DNA from: Longimicrobiales bacterium
Lineage (GTDB): Bacteria > Gemmatimonadota > Gemmatimonadetes > Longimicrobiales > Gaopeijiaceae
Reading direction: 5' to 3'
Length of the DNA: 59,947 nt
NCBI GenBank assembly: GCA_965197725.1
Contig: CBDANQ010000021.1
Coordinates: 1-59,947, forward strand
Both the position numbers and the translations under genes were made by a program. The notes beneath the pieces are model-generated. The model saw nothing but the letters and a program-made list of their open reading frames with translations, did not search any database and had not been told where the DNA came from. Position 1 is the first letter of the stretch; each line of letters opens with the position of its first letter. Shown here in pieces: positions 1 to 10,043 of the stretch.

Positions 1-248
1 CCGATTGTCCGCGTAGCACTCACGGCATGCCTCTTCCGCGAACTCGTCAAACCCGCTTTTCGCCAGAAGCTCGTTCAAGGCCCAGTAGAACGGGTTGTCC
101 AAGGCCCGAATCTCGCTCGCCACCACGAACATCTCGCCCTGCCGAGCCTCGGGCCGCTTGCCTACCGCCATCGCCGTCCTCGCTGCAAAAACCCTCGTGT
201 CCTCCTGATTTAACACAACAGCGATGACCGGACTTTATCCACGGTCTG
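1..248 (-). mobile_element. IS1182-like element copy 1 (left IR and 5' part of transposase; runs off the window)
   Basis: Matches 31519-31766; terminal CAGACCGTGGATAAAG on the - strand ends at 248; flanked by CTAT (- strand). Confidence 0.9.
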
Positions 249-1170
249 ATAGGCCGTGAGGGGACGTCGCTCGACGTGGATGGCCGGCAAGGACGTCGTG
301 CCGGGTGAGGAGCGATCCGGAGGCAGGACGAGGGGGTGATACGGGCGAGTCGCCAAGGGCTCGAGGAGCAGTCGTTCACGCTCGAAGCGATCGAGGGGCC
401 GCTCCTTCAGCGTTCCGTGGCTGCGCACATTGGCTTCCGTCTCAAGCCAATGAAGGGCCTGCGCGTTGAGATCGTCGTCCGACGTGAAGGTGCGCCCGTA
501 GAAGAAGCTCTCCCTGAGGTAGCGGATCGGCCGCTCCACCTTGCCCTTGGTCTGAGCCCGATAGGGTCGGCACGCTCGGATCCTGAAGTTCCAGTGGTAG
601 GCGTAGCGCATGAACTCCGGGTTCTCGACGAGGGCACCATCGTCGTATCGACCGTCCTCGATGACGACCGCCTTCATTTGGTCGAACAGAAGCTCTGAGG
701 GCACGCCGCCGAAGTAGGAAAACGAAGACTCCAGGCCATGCATCAGGGCCTTCATGGTCTGCCGGGTGTAGAACTGAACCCACAGCAGCCTCGAGTAGCC
801 CAGCACGACGATTAGTGCGTAACGCTTGCCCCACGGTAGCCGGAAGTGGGCGAAGTCCACCTGGCCCTGACGCCCAGGCGCCGTCTCGAAGCGCACGACC
901 GGCTCCTCTGGGGGTCGAGGCCGGACCTTGCGTACATAGCGCTTCACTTGGTTGTAACTGCCCGGGTAGCCAGCGGCCCGGACCTCCTTGAAGAGCCGTA
1001 CAGCCGTGAGCTTCGGGTACTCCTTGAGACGCGTGTCGATCAACGGCTTGTACGGATCCAGCTTCGACGGCATCAGACATCTCGGACCGTACCCGACACG
1101 CTCTTCGTCCAACTCCCGGTCCAGTTGACCGGTCTCTATCCAGTGGTACACGGTACGGCGACTGACCCCC
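249..1170 (-). pseudogene. istA: IS21 transposase IstA, N-terminally truncated and C-terminally interrupted
   Basis: RFETAPGRQGQVDF, LFDQMK, CRPYRAQTKGKVER motifs; in-frame TAG directly before GVSRRTVYHW; C-terminus fused to the IS1182 end. Confidence 0.85.
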
Positions 1171-1237
1171 TAGGTCAAAGCGCCAAGTGTGCAATTTTCG
1201 ATGGCCACATGTGTGCAATATTGGAAGGCCGCTAACA
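249..1237 (-). mobile_element. IS21-family element, left part, interrupted by IS1182-like copy 1
   Basis: - strand end reads TGTTAGCGGCC...ATTGCACA...GGCC...ATTGCACA (TG start with reiterated motifs, 1187-1237), followed by istA. Confidence 0.85.
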
Positions 1238-1357
1238 CCGTTTGGCTCGGCCAGATCTTCCCGTCGGCTTCTACGCTTGGCTCGCCTCGATGCAGCCCCG
1301 GGAGCGATGACGTAGGTTTCGCCACGAATCGGGACCACTCGGCCGACCGAGGGCACC

Positions 1358-1877
1358 ATGACAGACCGCGCCAGCACTCTCCTGAGCGGGCGTCGCGAAC
1401 GCCTGGAACGCATCCTGGAGCGGGAGCTCCAACCCCCCATGACGGGCCCCAGTTCTTTCCTCCCGCCTCATGTTCGCGAGTTTCTGCGCGAGGAGGCGGA
1501 GGACCTGTACTGGAACGAGCTCGAGTGGGAGAACATCACCTACGAGGAGGCCCTCGAGGGCGGACCGCTCACCGAGCTCGCCTTCCCCGGCTTCCTCGCT
1601 TTCATGCGTGGGCTCCTACTGACCGAGGTGATGCACGACGCGCTTGCACCCGCATCACCACGTCCGCAAGTCGTCGAGGACACTTTGGGCTTCTTGTGCG
1701 GACGTGTCGTCGAGCTCGAGGAGGGACTCGCCGCGGGCGGCGGTGACGAGCCGGAGAAGGCTCGGTCGGAGATGGAAATGACGAGCCGGCTCATCGACTT
1801 CGTCATTGTATTGCTTCCATGAACTGGCTCCCGCGGAAATAGAGCGGGTGGAAGCCGGCAGGCGCACTTCCGCGTAA
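1358..1877 (+). CDS. Hypothetical acidic helical protein, probable +1 frameshift near 1805
   Basis: ORF 1358-1822; shifted frame continues YCFHELAPAEIERVEAGRRTSA* to 1877, just before the next gene. Confidence 0.6.
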
Positions 1878-1895
1878 CCGGCAGGTGACCTAGGC

Positions 1896-2732
1896 GTGGT
1901 GACCTCGCGGCCAGGGCGCACGTATCTCGCTGGAGCGCCCATGCTCGTGGCGCACCGCGGCGGATCGAAGCTCGCGCCCGAAAACACCATGGCTGCCTTC
2001 CGCCGGGCAGTCGACTGGTGGGGCGCCGACATGCTCGAACTGGACGTTCGACTCACCCGGGACGGACACGTCGTGGTCATTCACGACGAAACGCTGGACC
2101 GGACCACGGACGGTGAGGGTCCGGTGGCGGCGAGCACGCTCGACGACATCCACGCTCTCGATGCCGGGTACCGGTTCGAGGATTCCGATGGCCGCCGCTC
2201 CTTCCGCGGCACGGGGGTGGTCGTTCCGACCTTCGTGGAGGTTCTGACAGCATTCCCGGACACTCGTATCAACGTAGAAACCAAGGAGCCGCAGGCTGCC
2301 GGCCCGCTCGTCGAAGTCATTCGACGTCATCACGCCGAGCACCGCGTACTCGTCGCAGCGGAGTTCGAGCGGTCCCGAAGGGATGCCCGCGGCTACGCGG
2401 GCCCCTGGGGTGCAAGCCGCCATCAGGTCCTCTTATTCTGGGCACTGCACCGACTTCCGGGAGGCGGTCCCTACCTGGCGCGCGCGGACATCTTTCAGGT
2501 CCCCGAGCTGTGGAGGGGGATGAGAATCGTCTCTCAGGCCTTCGTTCGAGCCGCGCACCGTCGAAATATCCCCGTGCAGGTCTGGACCGTCGACGATCCA
2601 GAGTCGATGAAACGTTTGCTGTCGTGGGGTGTCGACGGCATCCAGAGTGACCGACCCGATGTACTCGCCCAAGTCCTGACCGAGGTTACTGGTCGGCCGC
2701 CGCCCCCAGGCCCGGTGGAGGGAGCCGCATGA
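1896..2732 (+). CDS. Glycerophosphodiester phosphodiesterase family protein
   Basis: AHRGG..PENT, ELDV, HD, NVETK, WTVD, GVDGIQSDRP motifs. Confidence 0.92.
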   Translation: MVTSRPGRTYLAGAPMLVAHRGGSKLAPENTMAAFRRAVDWWGADMLELDVRLTRDGHVVVIHDETLDRTTDGEGPVAASTLDDIHALDAGYRFEDSDGRRSFRGTGVVVPTFVEVLTAFPDTRINVETKEPQAAGPLVEVIRRHHAEHRVLVAAEFERSRRDARGYAGPWGASRHQVLLFWALHRLPGGGPYLARADIFQVPELWRGMRIVSQAFVRAAHRRNIPVQVWTVDDPESMKRLLSWGVDGIQSDRPDVLAQVLTEVTGRPPPPGPVEGAA

Positions 2733-4099
2733 GTGGTGTGACGACCGAACTGAGAAGCCGCTTTCCCGAGGTCGTGCAAGCTGCTCGAGGTGGGATCCTT
2801 CGGGACGGAGGGCTCGTCGTAGCGACGTCGGGAGGACTCGACTCGATGGCTCTCCTCCACCTGTTCCGCTTCGGCTCGCCATCCACAGGTATCCCTATCT
2901 ATGTGGCGCACTTCGATCACCGCATGCGAGAGGGCTCGCTCTCGGACGCCGAATGGGTGTGCGGGGTCGCCCGCGCCTGGGGGCTCCCATTCTTCGTTGA
3001 GCGTGCTCAGGAGCCACTACGGTCCGAGGAGTCGGCTAGAAACGCGCGCTACGCGTTCCTCGAGTCGGTCAGACGGGAGGTCGACGCGGACGTCGTGGTG
3101 ACGGGCCACCACGCCGACGATCAGGCCGAGACGGTCCTGTTTCGCTTGCTGAGGGGCGGCGGCTCGGTGGGGCTCTCCGGCATTGCTGGGTTCCGTGAGC
3201 CGGGGCTCTGGCGCCCACTGCTCCCGTTCTGGAGGAAGGAGCTCGTCGAGTACACCGACTCGGTGAGGCTCGGGTGGCGGGAGGATCCATCGAACCTTGA
3301 ATCGGCCTTCGCGCGCAACGTCATCCGTAACCGGATCATTCCCGAAGTGGAGTCGTCGGTGGCACCCGGTGCACGCCGCGCGCTCGTGCGCTTGGCCGAA
3401 CACGCACAGGGCGACGTCGAAGTGTGGCAGTATCTCATGCCGCGGCTTTTGGAAACGTTGGATCCGGAGCAGGCCGACAACGCACTCTCCGTCGACCATG
3501 AGCAGCTACTTCGATTGCCGACGCCCCTTCGCGGGCGCGTGCTGCGTTGGCTCAGCGAACGGCTTGGGGCGCGGCTCGACGCGGTGGGAACCCGCTCCCT
3601 GGCCGAGTTTACCAGCTCGGGCCAAAGCGGCCGGCGTCTGGACCTCGCTTCGGGTGTCGTCGTGAAGCGCGAACTCGACCGGATCGTGTTGGTCCGTGAG
3701 CCGTTGGTCCACGACAGACCGCTGATGATCCCCAGTGCTCGGGCTGGCTCGGGGAGCGTGACCCTCGGTGGCCGCACGTTCACCGTGCGCTGGGGAGGTC
3801 CGGAGCTGTCCGCCTCGGCGCGCGACTCGGTTGCCGTGACGGCGCCGCACTTTCCGCTGACGGTGCGGGCGAAGGAGTCCGGAGATCGGATTCAACTTCC
3901 GTACGGCTCCAAGAAGCTGAAAAAGCTACTGCTCGAGGCGAGGATTCCGGAGTCGCTACGCGGGCGGTTGCCCGTATTCGTAGACGCGCGAGGAAAAGTA
4001 CTTTGGATCCCGGGCGTTGCGACTGCCGTAGGGCCGGAAGATCGGGCCGACGGGTCGCATGTGCTTCACCTTGGAATCGATGATGGCGACACTCAGTGA
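2729..4099 (+). CDS. tilS: tRNA(Ile)-lysidine synthetase
   Basis: SGGLDS PP-loop, HFDH, GHHADDQAET, EDPSN, RN..R; tilS-hpt-ftsH synteny. Confidence 0.95.
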   Translation: MSGVTTELRSRFPEVVQAARGGILRDGGLVVATSGGLDSMALLHLFRFGSPSTGIPIYVAHFDHRMREGSLSDAEWVCGVARAWGLPFFVERAQEPLRSEESARNARYAFLESVRREVDADVVVTGHHADDQAETVLFRLLRGGGSVGLSGIAGFREPGLWRPLLPFWRKELVEYTDSVRLGWREDPSNLESAFARNVIRNRIIPEVESSVAPGARRALVRLAEHAQGDVEVWQYLMPRLLETLDPEQADNALSVDHEQLLRLPTPLRGRVLRWLSERLGARLDAVGTRSLAEFTSSGQSGRRLDLASGVVVKRELDRIVLVREPLVHDRPLMIPSARAGSGSVTLGGRTFTVRWGGPELSASARDSVAVTAPHFPLTVRAKESGDRIQLPYGSKKLKKLLLEARIPESLRGRLPVFVDARGKVLWIPGVATAVGPEDRADGSHVLHLGIDDGDTQ

Positions 4100-4631
4100 G
4101 GACACCCAGCTCGGCGGGCAGGAGCTGAAGCGCATCGCGTTCTCCGCGGACGATGTTCAGGGCCGCATTCGCGAGTTGGGACGTGAGATCACGGCGGCGT
4201 ACACCGCGTCGGACCGGCTGCTCGTGCTGGGGCTGCTTAAGGGCTCTTTCCTGTTCATGGCCGACCTCGTACGGGCCATCGAGCTGCCACTGCACGTCGA
4301 CTTCATGGTGGCGGCGAGCTACGGCGCAGACAAGGTTTCGAGCGGTGACGTGCGGCTGTTATACGATCCCGCAGCCTCTCTGAAGGGCCGTTCGGTGTTG
4401 GTCGTAGAGGATATCATTGACAGTGGGAACACGCTCACCCGCCTCATTCCACGGCTCCAAGCCCGTAATCCCTCCTCGTTGGACGTCTGCGCTTTGCTTC
4501 ACAAGAGACTCACGACTCTGGACCCCGAAGCACGTTGGGTCGGCTTCGATGCACCCAACGAGTTCCTTGTGGGGTATGGACTTGATTACGCTGAAGACTT
4601 CCGTCACTTGCCATATATCGCGAGCCTGTAG
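4080..4631 (+). CDS. hpt: Hypoxanthine phosphoribosyltransferase
   Basis: LKGS, VLVVEDIIDSGNTL PRPP motif, GYGLDY. Confidence 0.95.
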   Translation: MMATLSEDTQLGGQELKRIAFSADDVQGRIRELGREITAAYTASDRLLVLGLLKGSFLFMADLVRAIELPLHVDFMVAASYGADKVSSGDVRLLYDPAASLKGRSVLVVEDIIDSGNTLTRLIPRLQARNPSSLDVCALLHKRLTTLDPEARWVGFDAPNEFLVGYGLDYAEDFRHLPYIASL

Positions 4632-4673
4632 GGGGGCCTCGGCCTCCGGTGCCACGCGAGAGTAGAAAGCAGC

Positions 4674-6701
4674 ATGCCAGAACCTGATCCGAACCGCCCC
4701 GACGGCAGCAACCGTCTCGGCCGTGTGTCCAAGAACGCCGCGTTCTTGATGATGATGGTGTTGATGCTGCTGCTGGCGGTGCAGTTCGTCCGCAGGCAGG
4801 AGCCGACGCGCACGGAGATCACGTACACGAACTTCATGCGCCAACTCAACACCGGGAACGTGTTCGAAGTGACCGTGATCGATCGCAGGATCGAGGGCGA
4901 GCTACGCGCGCCCATCATGGAGCAGGAGTTGGAGGTCACCCGCTTCGAGGTCACGCTGCCGAGCGAGGTCACCGACGGCCTGCTCGAGGCGTTCCAGGCC
5001 AACGATGTCATTATCCAGGCCGAGTCTCCAGAGGCGGGTTGGGGCACGCTCCTCATCGGGGCGCTTCCGTGGCTCCTCTTCATCGCCTTCTGGATCTGGA
5101 TTTTCAGAGCCATGCAGGGCGGTGGGAACCGCGCGTTCCAGTTCGGCCGCTCCAAAGCGAAGCTGATTTCGCCGGACACCCCCAAGGTCACCTTCGCAGA
5201 CGTCGCAGGGGCGGACGAAGCGAAGGAAGAACTTCAGGAAATCATCGAGTTCCTCAAGGACCCGGCCAAGTTCACGCGTCTCGGCGGACGTCTGCCGAAG
5301 GGCGTCTTGCTCGTCGGTCCTCCAGGAACCGGAAAGACGCTGCTCGCCCGGGCCGTCGCCGGCGAGGCCGGCCGACCGTTCTTCCAGATGTCCGGTTCGG
5401 ATTTCGTCGAGATGTTCGTGGGTGTCGGTGCGTCGCGCGTTCGCGACTTGTTCGAGCAGGGCAAGGCACATGCTCCGTGCATCATCTTCGTCGACGAGAT
5501 CGACGCGGTGGGTCGCCACCGGGGTGCCGGCCTGGGCGGTGGCCACGACGAACGCGAGCAAACGCTCAACGCGCTGCTGGTCGAGATGGATGGCTTCGAG
5601 TCCAACGAAGGAGTCATCCTGCTCGCGGCGACGAACCGTCCGGACGTTCTCGATCCGGCGCTGCTCCGTCCTGGGCGCTTCGACCGACAGGTGGTGGTGG
5701 ACATGCCCGACTTGAAGGGGCGTGAGGGCATCCTTCGCGTTCACGCCAAGAAACTCCCGCTGGCGGAGAACGTCGGGTTGCAACTCATCGCGCGGGGTAC
5801 CCCCGGCATGAGTGGTGCGGATCTCGAGAACATCTGCAACGAGGCGGCGCTTCAGGCGGCTCGCCGCGACGCCGACAAGGTCTCGATGGATGATTTCGAC
5901 GAGGCGAAGGACAAGGTCATGCTGGGAGCGGAACGTCGTTCCCTGGTGCTGAACGAGGATGAGCGGAAGCTCACCGCGTATCACGAGGCCGGCCACACGG
6001 TCGTCGCCCTGAAGATTCCGGGGCTCGACCCGGTGCACAAGGTCACCATCATGCCCAGGGGCAGGGCTCTGGGAATCACGGCGAGCCTACCCGAGGAAGA
6101 CCGCCATGCGTACCGCAAGGAGTGGATGGAGGGTCAGCTCGCGATGCTCTTCGGTGGGCGGGTGGCGGAAGAGATGATTTTCGGTCCCGAGGCCGTGACG
6201 ACGGGGGCCGGCAACGACATCGAGCAGGCTACGGGCATGGCGCGCAAGATGGTCACCGCCTTCGGCATGAGCGAAGCCATCGGTTTGGTGGCGATCGGCG
6301 AGGCCGAGCATGAGATCTTCCTCGGCCGCGACATCTCGCAGCGTCGGACCGTGTCGGAACACACTTCGCGGCTCGTGGACCAGGAAGTGAAGCGCATTCT
6401 GGACGAGGCCCACGAACGCGCACGCGAAGTTCTGGAAGCGAATAAGGCTCTTCTGGAGATCTTTGCTCAGACACTGCTCGAGCGCGAGACGCTCGATCGC
6501 GAAGCGATCGAGACGCTGGAGCGAGGCGAGCAGCTCCCGCCGCCCGAGCTACCGGAGCCGGAGTCGCTGGCTCCCCTCGCCGCGGGGTCGCCACCGGTGC
6601 CGGAGAGAGCGCCGCCACTGGGGCTGCCCGGCGCCGAGGGACCGCTTCCGGGACCCGCACCGGGGGTGTACGCCGGAGATGAGGACGAACCGCTGACTTG
6701 A
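4674..6701 (+). CDS. ftsH: ATP-dependent zinc metalloprotease FtsH
   Basis: Two TM segments, [34 protein letters not shown]. Confidence 0.98.
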   Translation: MPEPDPNRPDGSNRLGRVSKNAAFLMMMVLMLLLAVQFVRRQEPTRTEITYTNFMRQLNTGNVFEVTVIDRRIEGELRAPIMEQELEVTRFEVTLPSEVTDGLLEAFQANDVIIQAESPEAGWGTLLIGALPWLLFIAFWIWIFRAMQGGGNRAFQFGRSKAKLISPDTPKVTFADVAGADEAKEELQEIIEFLKDPAKFTRLGGRLPKGVLLVGPPGTGKTLLARAVAGEAGRPFFQMSGSDFVEMFVGVGASRVRDLFEQGKAHAPCIIFVDEIDAVGRHRGAGLGGGHDEREQTLNALLVEMDGFESNEGVILLAATNRPDVLDPALLRPGRFDRQVVVDMPDLKGREGILRVHAKKLPLAENVGLQLIARGTPGMSGADLENICNEAALQAARRDADKVSMDDFDEAKDKVMLGAERRSLVLNEDERKLTAYHEAGHTVVALKIPGLDPVHKVTIMPRGRALGITASLPEEDRHAYRKEWMEGQLAMLFGGRVAEEMIFGPEAVTTGAGNDIEQATGMARKMVTAFGMSEAIGLVAIGEAEHEIFLGRDISQRRTVSEHTSRLVDQEVKRILDEAHERAREVLEANKALLEIFAQTLLERETLDREAIETLERGEQLPPPELPEPESLAPLAAGSPPVPERAPPLGLPGAEGPLPGPAPGVYAGDEDEPLT

Positions 6702-6762
6702 TGCCATCGGCCGAGCGCGGACCAACATTGGCGGAGCGGGGCCCGACCAAGGAGACACAGCG

Positions 6763-7578
6763 GTGAGCCGGATCTGGGAACAGCTCCAGTTCTTCAGGCC
6801 GGGGTGGACCGACCTGGTCGAGATCCTGATCGTGGCGTTCCTGCTCTATCGGATCCTCCTCGTGATCCAGCGCACTCGCGCAATGCAGATCATGCTGGGC
6901 GTGGCCCTGCTCGCCTTCACCTATGGCCTGGCGCGCCTGCTGGACCTGATCCTGATTCGCAGGCTGCTGGAAGCGAGCTTCGCGTACGGGGCCATCGCCG
7001 CACTCATCGTCTTTCAGCCGGAGCTCCGCTCGGCGCTCGCACGCCTGGGCCGCAGCCGCATGATCCGTGTCTTCCAGCCCCTGGAAGAGGGCCGAGCTGC
7101 GGAGGAGGTCGTCGCAGCCGCGGTGAGGCTTGCTCGTGCCCGCCACGGAGCGATCATCGCCATCGAGCGGGATGTCGGGCTGGAAGAGTATGCCGAGACG
7201 GGGAGCCCGGTGGACGCGCGCGTCTCGGCGGAGATGCTGACCACGATCTTCACGCCTTACTCGCCGTTGCACGACGGCGCCGTGCTCATCACGGGGGACC
7301 AGATCCGAACCGCAGGCGCGATCCTGCCACTTACGCAGTCCTCGGTGAGGGACCGCTCACTGGGGACCCGGCATCGGGCTGCTCTCGGCCTGAGCGAAGA
7401 GACAGACGCTCTCATCATCGTCGTCAGCGAGGAGACCGCCAAGATCTCTTTGGCCGTGGACGGTCGACTGGAGCGCGACGTCGATCCCGAGCGGCTACGG
7501 GAGGCTGTGGTGGGCAGCGTGTCCCAACACGATCCGAAGCTCGCCCCGGCGCTGAAATCCCCGCATTTCCAGAGCTAG
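6763..7578 (+). CDS. cdaA: Diadenylate cyclase CdaA
   Basis: Three N-terminal TM helices, FQPELR, HDGA, GTRHRAA, VSEET. Confidence 0.93.
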   Translation: MSRIWEQLQFFRPGWTDLVEILIVAFLLYRILLVIQRTRAMQIMLGVALLAFTYGLARLLDLILIRRLLEASFAYGAIAALIVFQPELRSALARLGRSRMIRVFQPLEEGRAAEEVVAAAVRLARARHGAIIAIERDVGLEEYAETGSPVDARVSAEMLTTIFTPYSPLHDGAVLITGDQIRTAGAILPLTQSSVRDRSLGTRHRAALGLSEETDALIIVVSEETAKISLAVDGRLERDVDPERLREAVVGSVSQHDPKLAPALKSPHFQS

Positions 7579-7597
7579 ACACGACAGGACACGCGCG

Positions 7598-7627
7598 TTG
7601 ACACCTTCACGGCATCGCGCCTAGATT
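7598..7627 (+). promoter_or_regulatory. Sigma70-type promoter for the exbB-exbD-exbD-tonB operon
   Basis: TTGACA (7598-7603), 18-nt spacer, TAGATT (7622-7627). Confidence 0.6.
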
Positions 7628-7665
7628 CCCCACATCTCACAATCATATTCCAGGAGTTGGCCTTC

Positions 7666-8373
7666 GTGGCTACCCAGTATCAACTGATGACCCTCTTTGC
7701 GGACGGCGGGTGGATGATGTATCCACTCGTGCTCTGCTCGCTCGTCGCCCTGGGTGTGATCATCGCCAAGTTGTGGACTCTGTGGATCGCTCATCGGGGT
7801 ACGGCACGTGTGCTGCGCGATGTCGAGGAGGCCGCCCTGCAAGGTGATCTCCAGGGTGCGTTCGAGATCGCTCGGGACACGCCGGGACCAGCCGCTGCCA
7901 TTCTCCTCGCGGGCCTGCGGCGCATCCGGAGCGGGAAGATGATGGCTGGCGAGCTGGAGTCCGCCATCTCGACCACAGGTGCCATCGAGCTCAGCTTCCT
8001 GGAGCGGGGCCTGGTGATTCTTGCGACCATCGCCAACGTGGCGCCTCTCATGGGCTTCCTCGGCACCGTGGCGGGCATGATCCTCGCCTTCGCCGCGATC
8101 GAGGAGGCTGGAACGGTCGAACCGACTCTGGTGGCGGGTGGTATCAAGGTGGCGTTGCTCACGACGGCCTCGGGGTTGATCGTCGCGGTACCGATCAATA
8201 TCACGTACAATTTTTTCGTCGCCCGTATCGATGGGCTCATCGTGGACATGGAGCAGGGTGCGCAAAAGATCCTCAACCTTGCTTGGGATCTCGAGAAGCA
8301 AGGTCGGCTCGAAATCATCAAGCCCGACCTGGACGAGAGGCTTCCGGTCGCGGCGGCTGACGAAGCCGAATAA
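7666..8373 (+). CDS. exbB: MotA/TolQ/ExbB proton channel protein
   Basis: APLMGFLGTVAGMI, GIKVALLTTASGLIVAVP; AGGAG RBS upstream of GTG. Confidence 0.9.
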   Translation: MATQYQLMTLFADGGWMMYPLVLCSLVALGVIIAKLWTLWIAHRGTARVLRDVEEAALQGDLQGAFEIARDTPGPAAAILLAGLRRIRSGKMMAGELESAISTTGAIELSFLERGLVILATIANVAPLMGFLGTVAGMILAFAAIEEAGTVEPTLVAGGIKVALLTTASGLIVAVPINITYNFFVARIDGLIVDMEQGAQKILNLAWDLEKQGRLEIIKPDLDERLPVAAADEAE

Positions 8374-8424
8374 CCTTTCGCAGGCAGCACGACTACCTCA
8401 GACAAGCGAGACCGGGGCAAAAAT

Positions 8425-8850
8425 ATGGCGATTCTAGGCAAGAAGAAGGCGAAGGTCAGTGACAGCGTCCCGATGTCGTCGACGGCGGACATCGCATTCC
8501 TGCTGCTGATTTTCTTCCTGGTGACGACCACCTTCCCAAAGGACAAGGGCCTCTCGATCGTGCTGCCAGAGCCCGGTGAGGAAGCCCAGGTCAGCCAGAG
8601 GAATATCCTTCACTTGATCATTCAGCCGACCGGGATCGTCGACGTAAAGCGTGGCGAGAGCCCGCAGGTGGTGCAGATGCGGCCTTCCGAGATCGATGGG
8701 CTGTGGCGGCAGGAAGTCTCGGCGAATCCCAACATGATCGCAGCGGTGAAGACGCATCCGGACGCGCCCTACAAGTTCATGGTCGACGTGCTGGACGCGC
8801 TCAAGACCGCCAACGCTGAGCGCATCTCGCTTCAGGTTCTGGAGAACTAG
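8425..8850 (+). CDS. exbD: ExbD/TolR biopolymer transporter
   Basis: ADIAFLLLIFFLVTT TM segment with conserved Asp. Confidence 0.9.
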   Translation: MAILGKKKAKVSDSVPMSSTADIAFLLLIFFLVTTTFPKDKGLSIVLPEPGEEAQVSQRNILHLIIQPTGIVDVKRGESPQVVQMRPSEIDGLWRQEVSANPNMIAAVKTHPDAPYKFMVDVLDALKTANAERISLQVLEN

Positions 8851-8855
8851 CCTAC

Positions 8856-9305
8856 ATGTCGATCAAGGGTGGTGGTTTTCAGAAGAACTCGCAGGCGTCG
8901 GGTGAGGTGCCAACCTCGTCGCTTGCCGATATCGCGTTTTTGCTTCTGATCTTTTTCATGGTGACGACGGTCTTCCAGACCGACCGCGACCGCCCGATCG
9001 AGTGGACGCGAGCTGAGTCCGCCGAGAAGATCGACGAGAAGCAGAAGAACATCTTGAACATCTGGATGGAGCGGGACGGTGTGGTCTACATCAACGACCG
9101 GCCGCACACCATGGTGGAGGCGACGACCGTTGTCGCGCCGCTCTACGCCGCATCGGAGCGTGCCCTGGTGATTTCCATTCGGGGCGACCGTGAGATTCCG
9201 TACCGGTTCATGGATCAGCTGCAGACCGCGCTGGTCAACGCCGGTGTGGTTCGTGTGGTCTTCGCCACACAATTGGAGCAAAGCATGCAGAGGGAGAGAC
9301 GATGA
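8856..9305 (+). CDS. exbD: ExbD/TolR biopolymer transporter (second paralog)
   Basis: ADIAFLLLIFFMVTT, IRGD..Y motif. Confidence 0.9.
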   Translation: MSIKGGGFQKNSQASGEVPTSSLADIAFLLLIFFMVTTVFQTDRDRPIEWTRAESAEKIDEKQKNILNIWMERDGVVYINDRPHTMVEATTVVAPLYAASERALVISIRGDREIPYRFMDQLQTALVNAGVVRVVFATQLEQSMQRERR

Positions 9306-9979
9306 CCGCAGAAGCCGTACCGGCAGAGGTTCACGAGACTGCGAATGAGCGCCTCAAGCGGAATTTCAAGTCCTGGTTCTGGGGGGGGATGATTGCCGCC
9401 ACTGTGATGCACTTCGTTGCGTTTGCGTTCTGGCCCCAGCTGACCGCGGAGGACTTCTCGTTCGAGGACACGGAGCTCGAAACGATCGAGCTCCCGCCCG
9501 AGATCGAGATTCCGCCGCCGCCGCGACAGATCTCGCGTCCCGCGACGCCCATCATCGCGAGCGGCGCGGATATCGACGAGGATATCACGATTGCGCCGAC
9601 TACCTTCGAGGACAACCCGGTGGAGGATCTTCCGCCGCCCCCTGAGGAGGCCGAGATCGACATCGCCGCGGCGCCGACGTTCACGCCGTTCACGGTGGCT
9701 CCGTCCATCTTGAACCGGAGTGATGTCGTGCGGGCCATGGAGCGGGAGTATCCGCCGCTTCTGAGGGATGCCGGCATCGGTGGCACGGTCCGCGTCTTCT
9801 TCTTCATCGACGAAAATGGCCGCGTGCAGGACCGGCGGATCGATGATAGTTCTGGCCACCAGGCGCTGGACGACGCCGCGATGGCGGTCTCGGAGATCTA
9901 CAGGTTTTCCGCGGCGCTGAACCGTGACAAGCAAGTTCCGGTCTGGGTGTCGTTCCCGATTACCTTCCAGGTCCGCTAG
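9302..9979 (+). CDS. tonB: TonB family energy transducer
   Basis: TM segment with His, Pro-rich linker, YP..GIGGTV, SSG..LD C-terminal domain. Confidence 0.9.
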   Translation: MTAEAVPAEVHETANERLKRNFKSWFWGGMIAATVMHFVAFAFWPQLTAEDFSFEDTELETIELPPEIEIPPPPRQISRPATPIIASGADIDEDITIAPTTFEDNPVEDLPPPPEEAEIDIAAAPTFTPFTVAPSILNRSDVVRAMEREYPPLLRDAGIGGTVRVFFFIDENGRVQDRRIDDSSGHQALDDAAMAVSEIYRFSAALNRDKQVPVWVSFPITFQVR

Positions 9980-10004
9980 CACGGAGCCCGAGAGGCCCTT
10001 GTTG

Positions 10005-10040
10005 GGGACCCCGCCGGCGCTCCGGTGGGGTCCCTTTCTT
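10005..10040 (+). terminator. Rho-independent terminator after tonB (intron target structure)
   Basis: GGGACCCCGCCGG-CGCT-CCGGTGGGGTCCC hairpin followed by TTTCTT. Confidence 0.85.
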
Positions 10041-10043
10041 GTG

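Noticed and set aside
4902..6038. Long antisense ORFs (example opposite ftsH; also opposite the transposases and the sigma54 regulator)
   Set aside because: Expected shadows of high-GC codon usage
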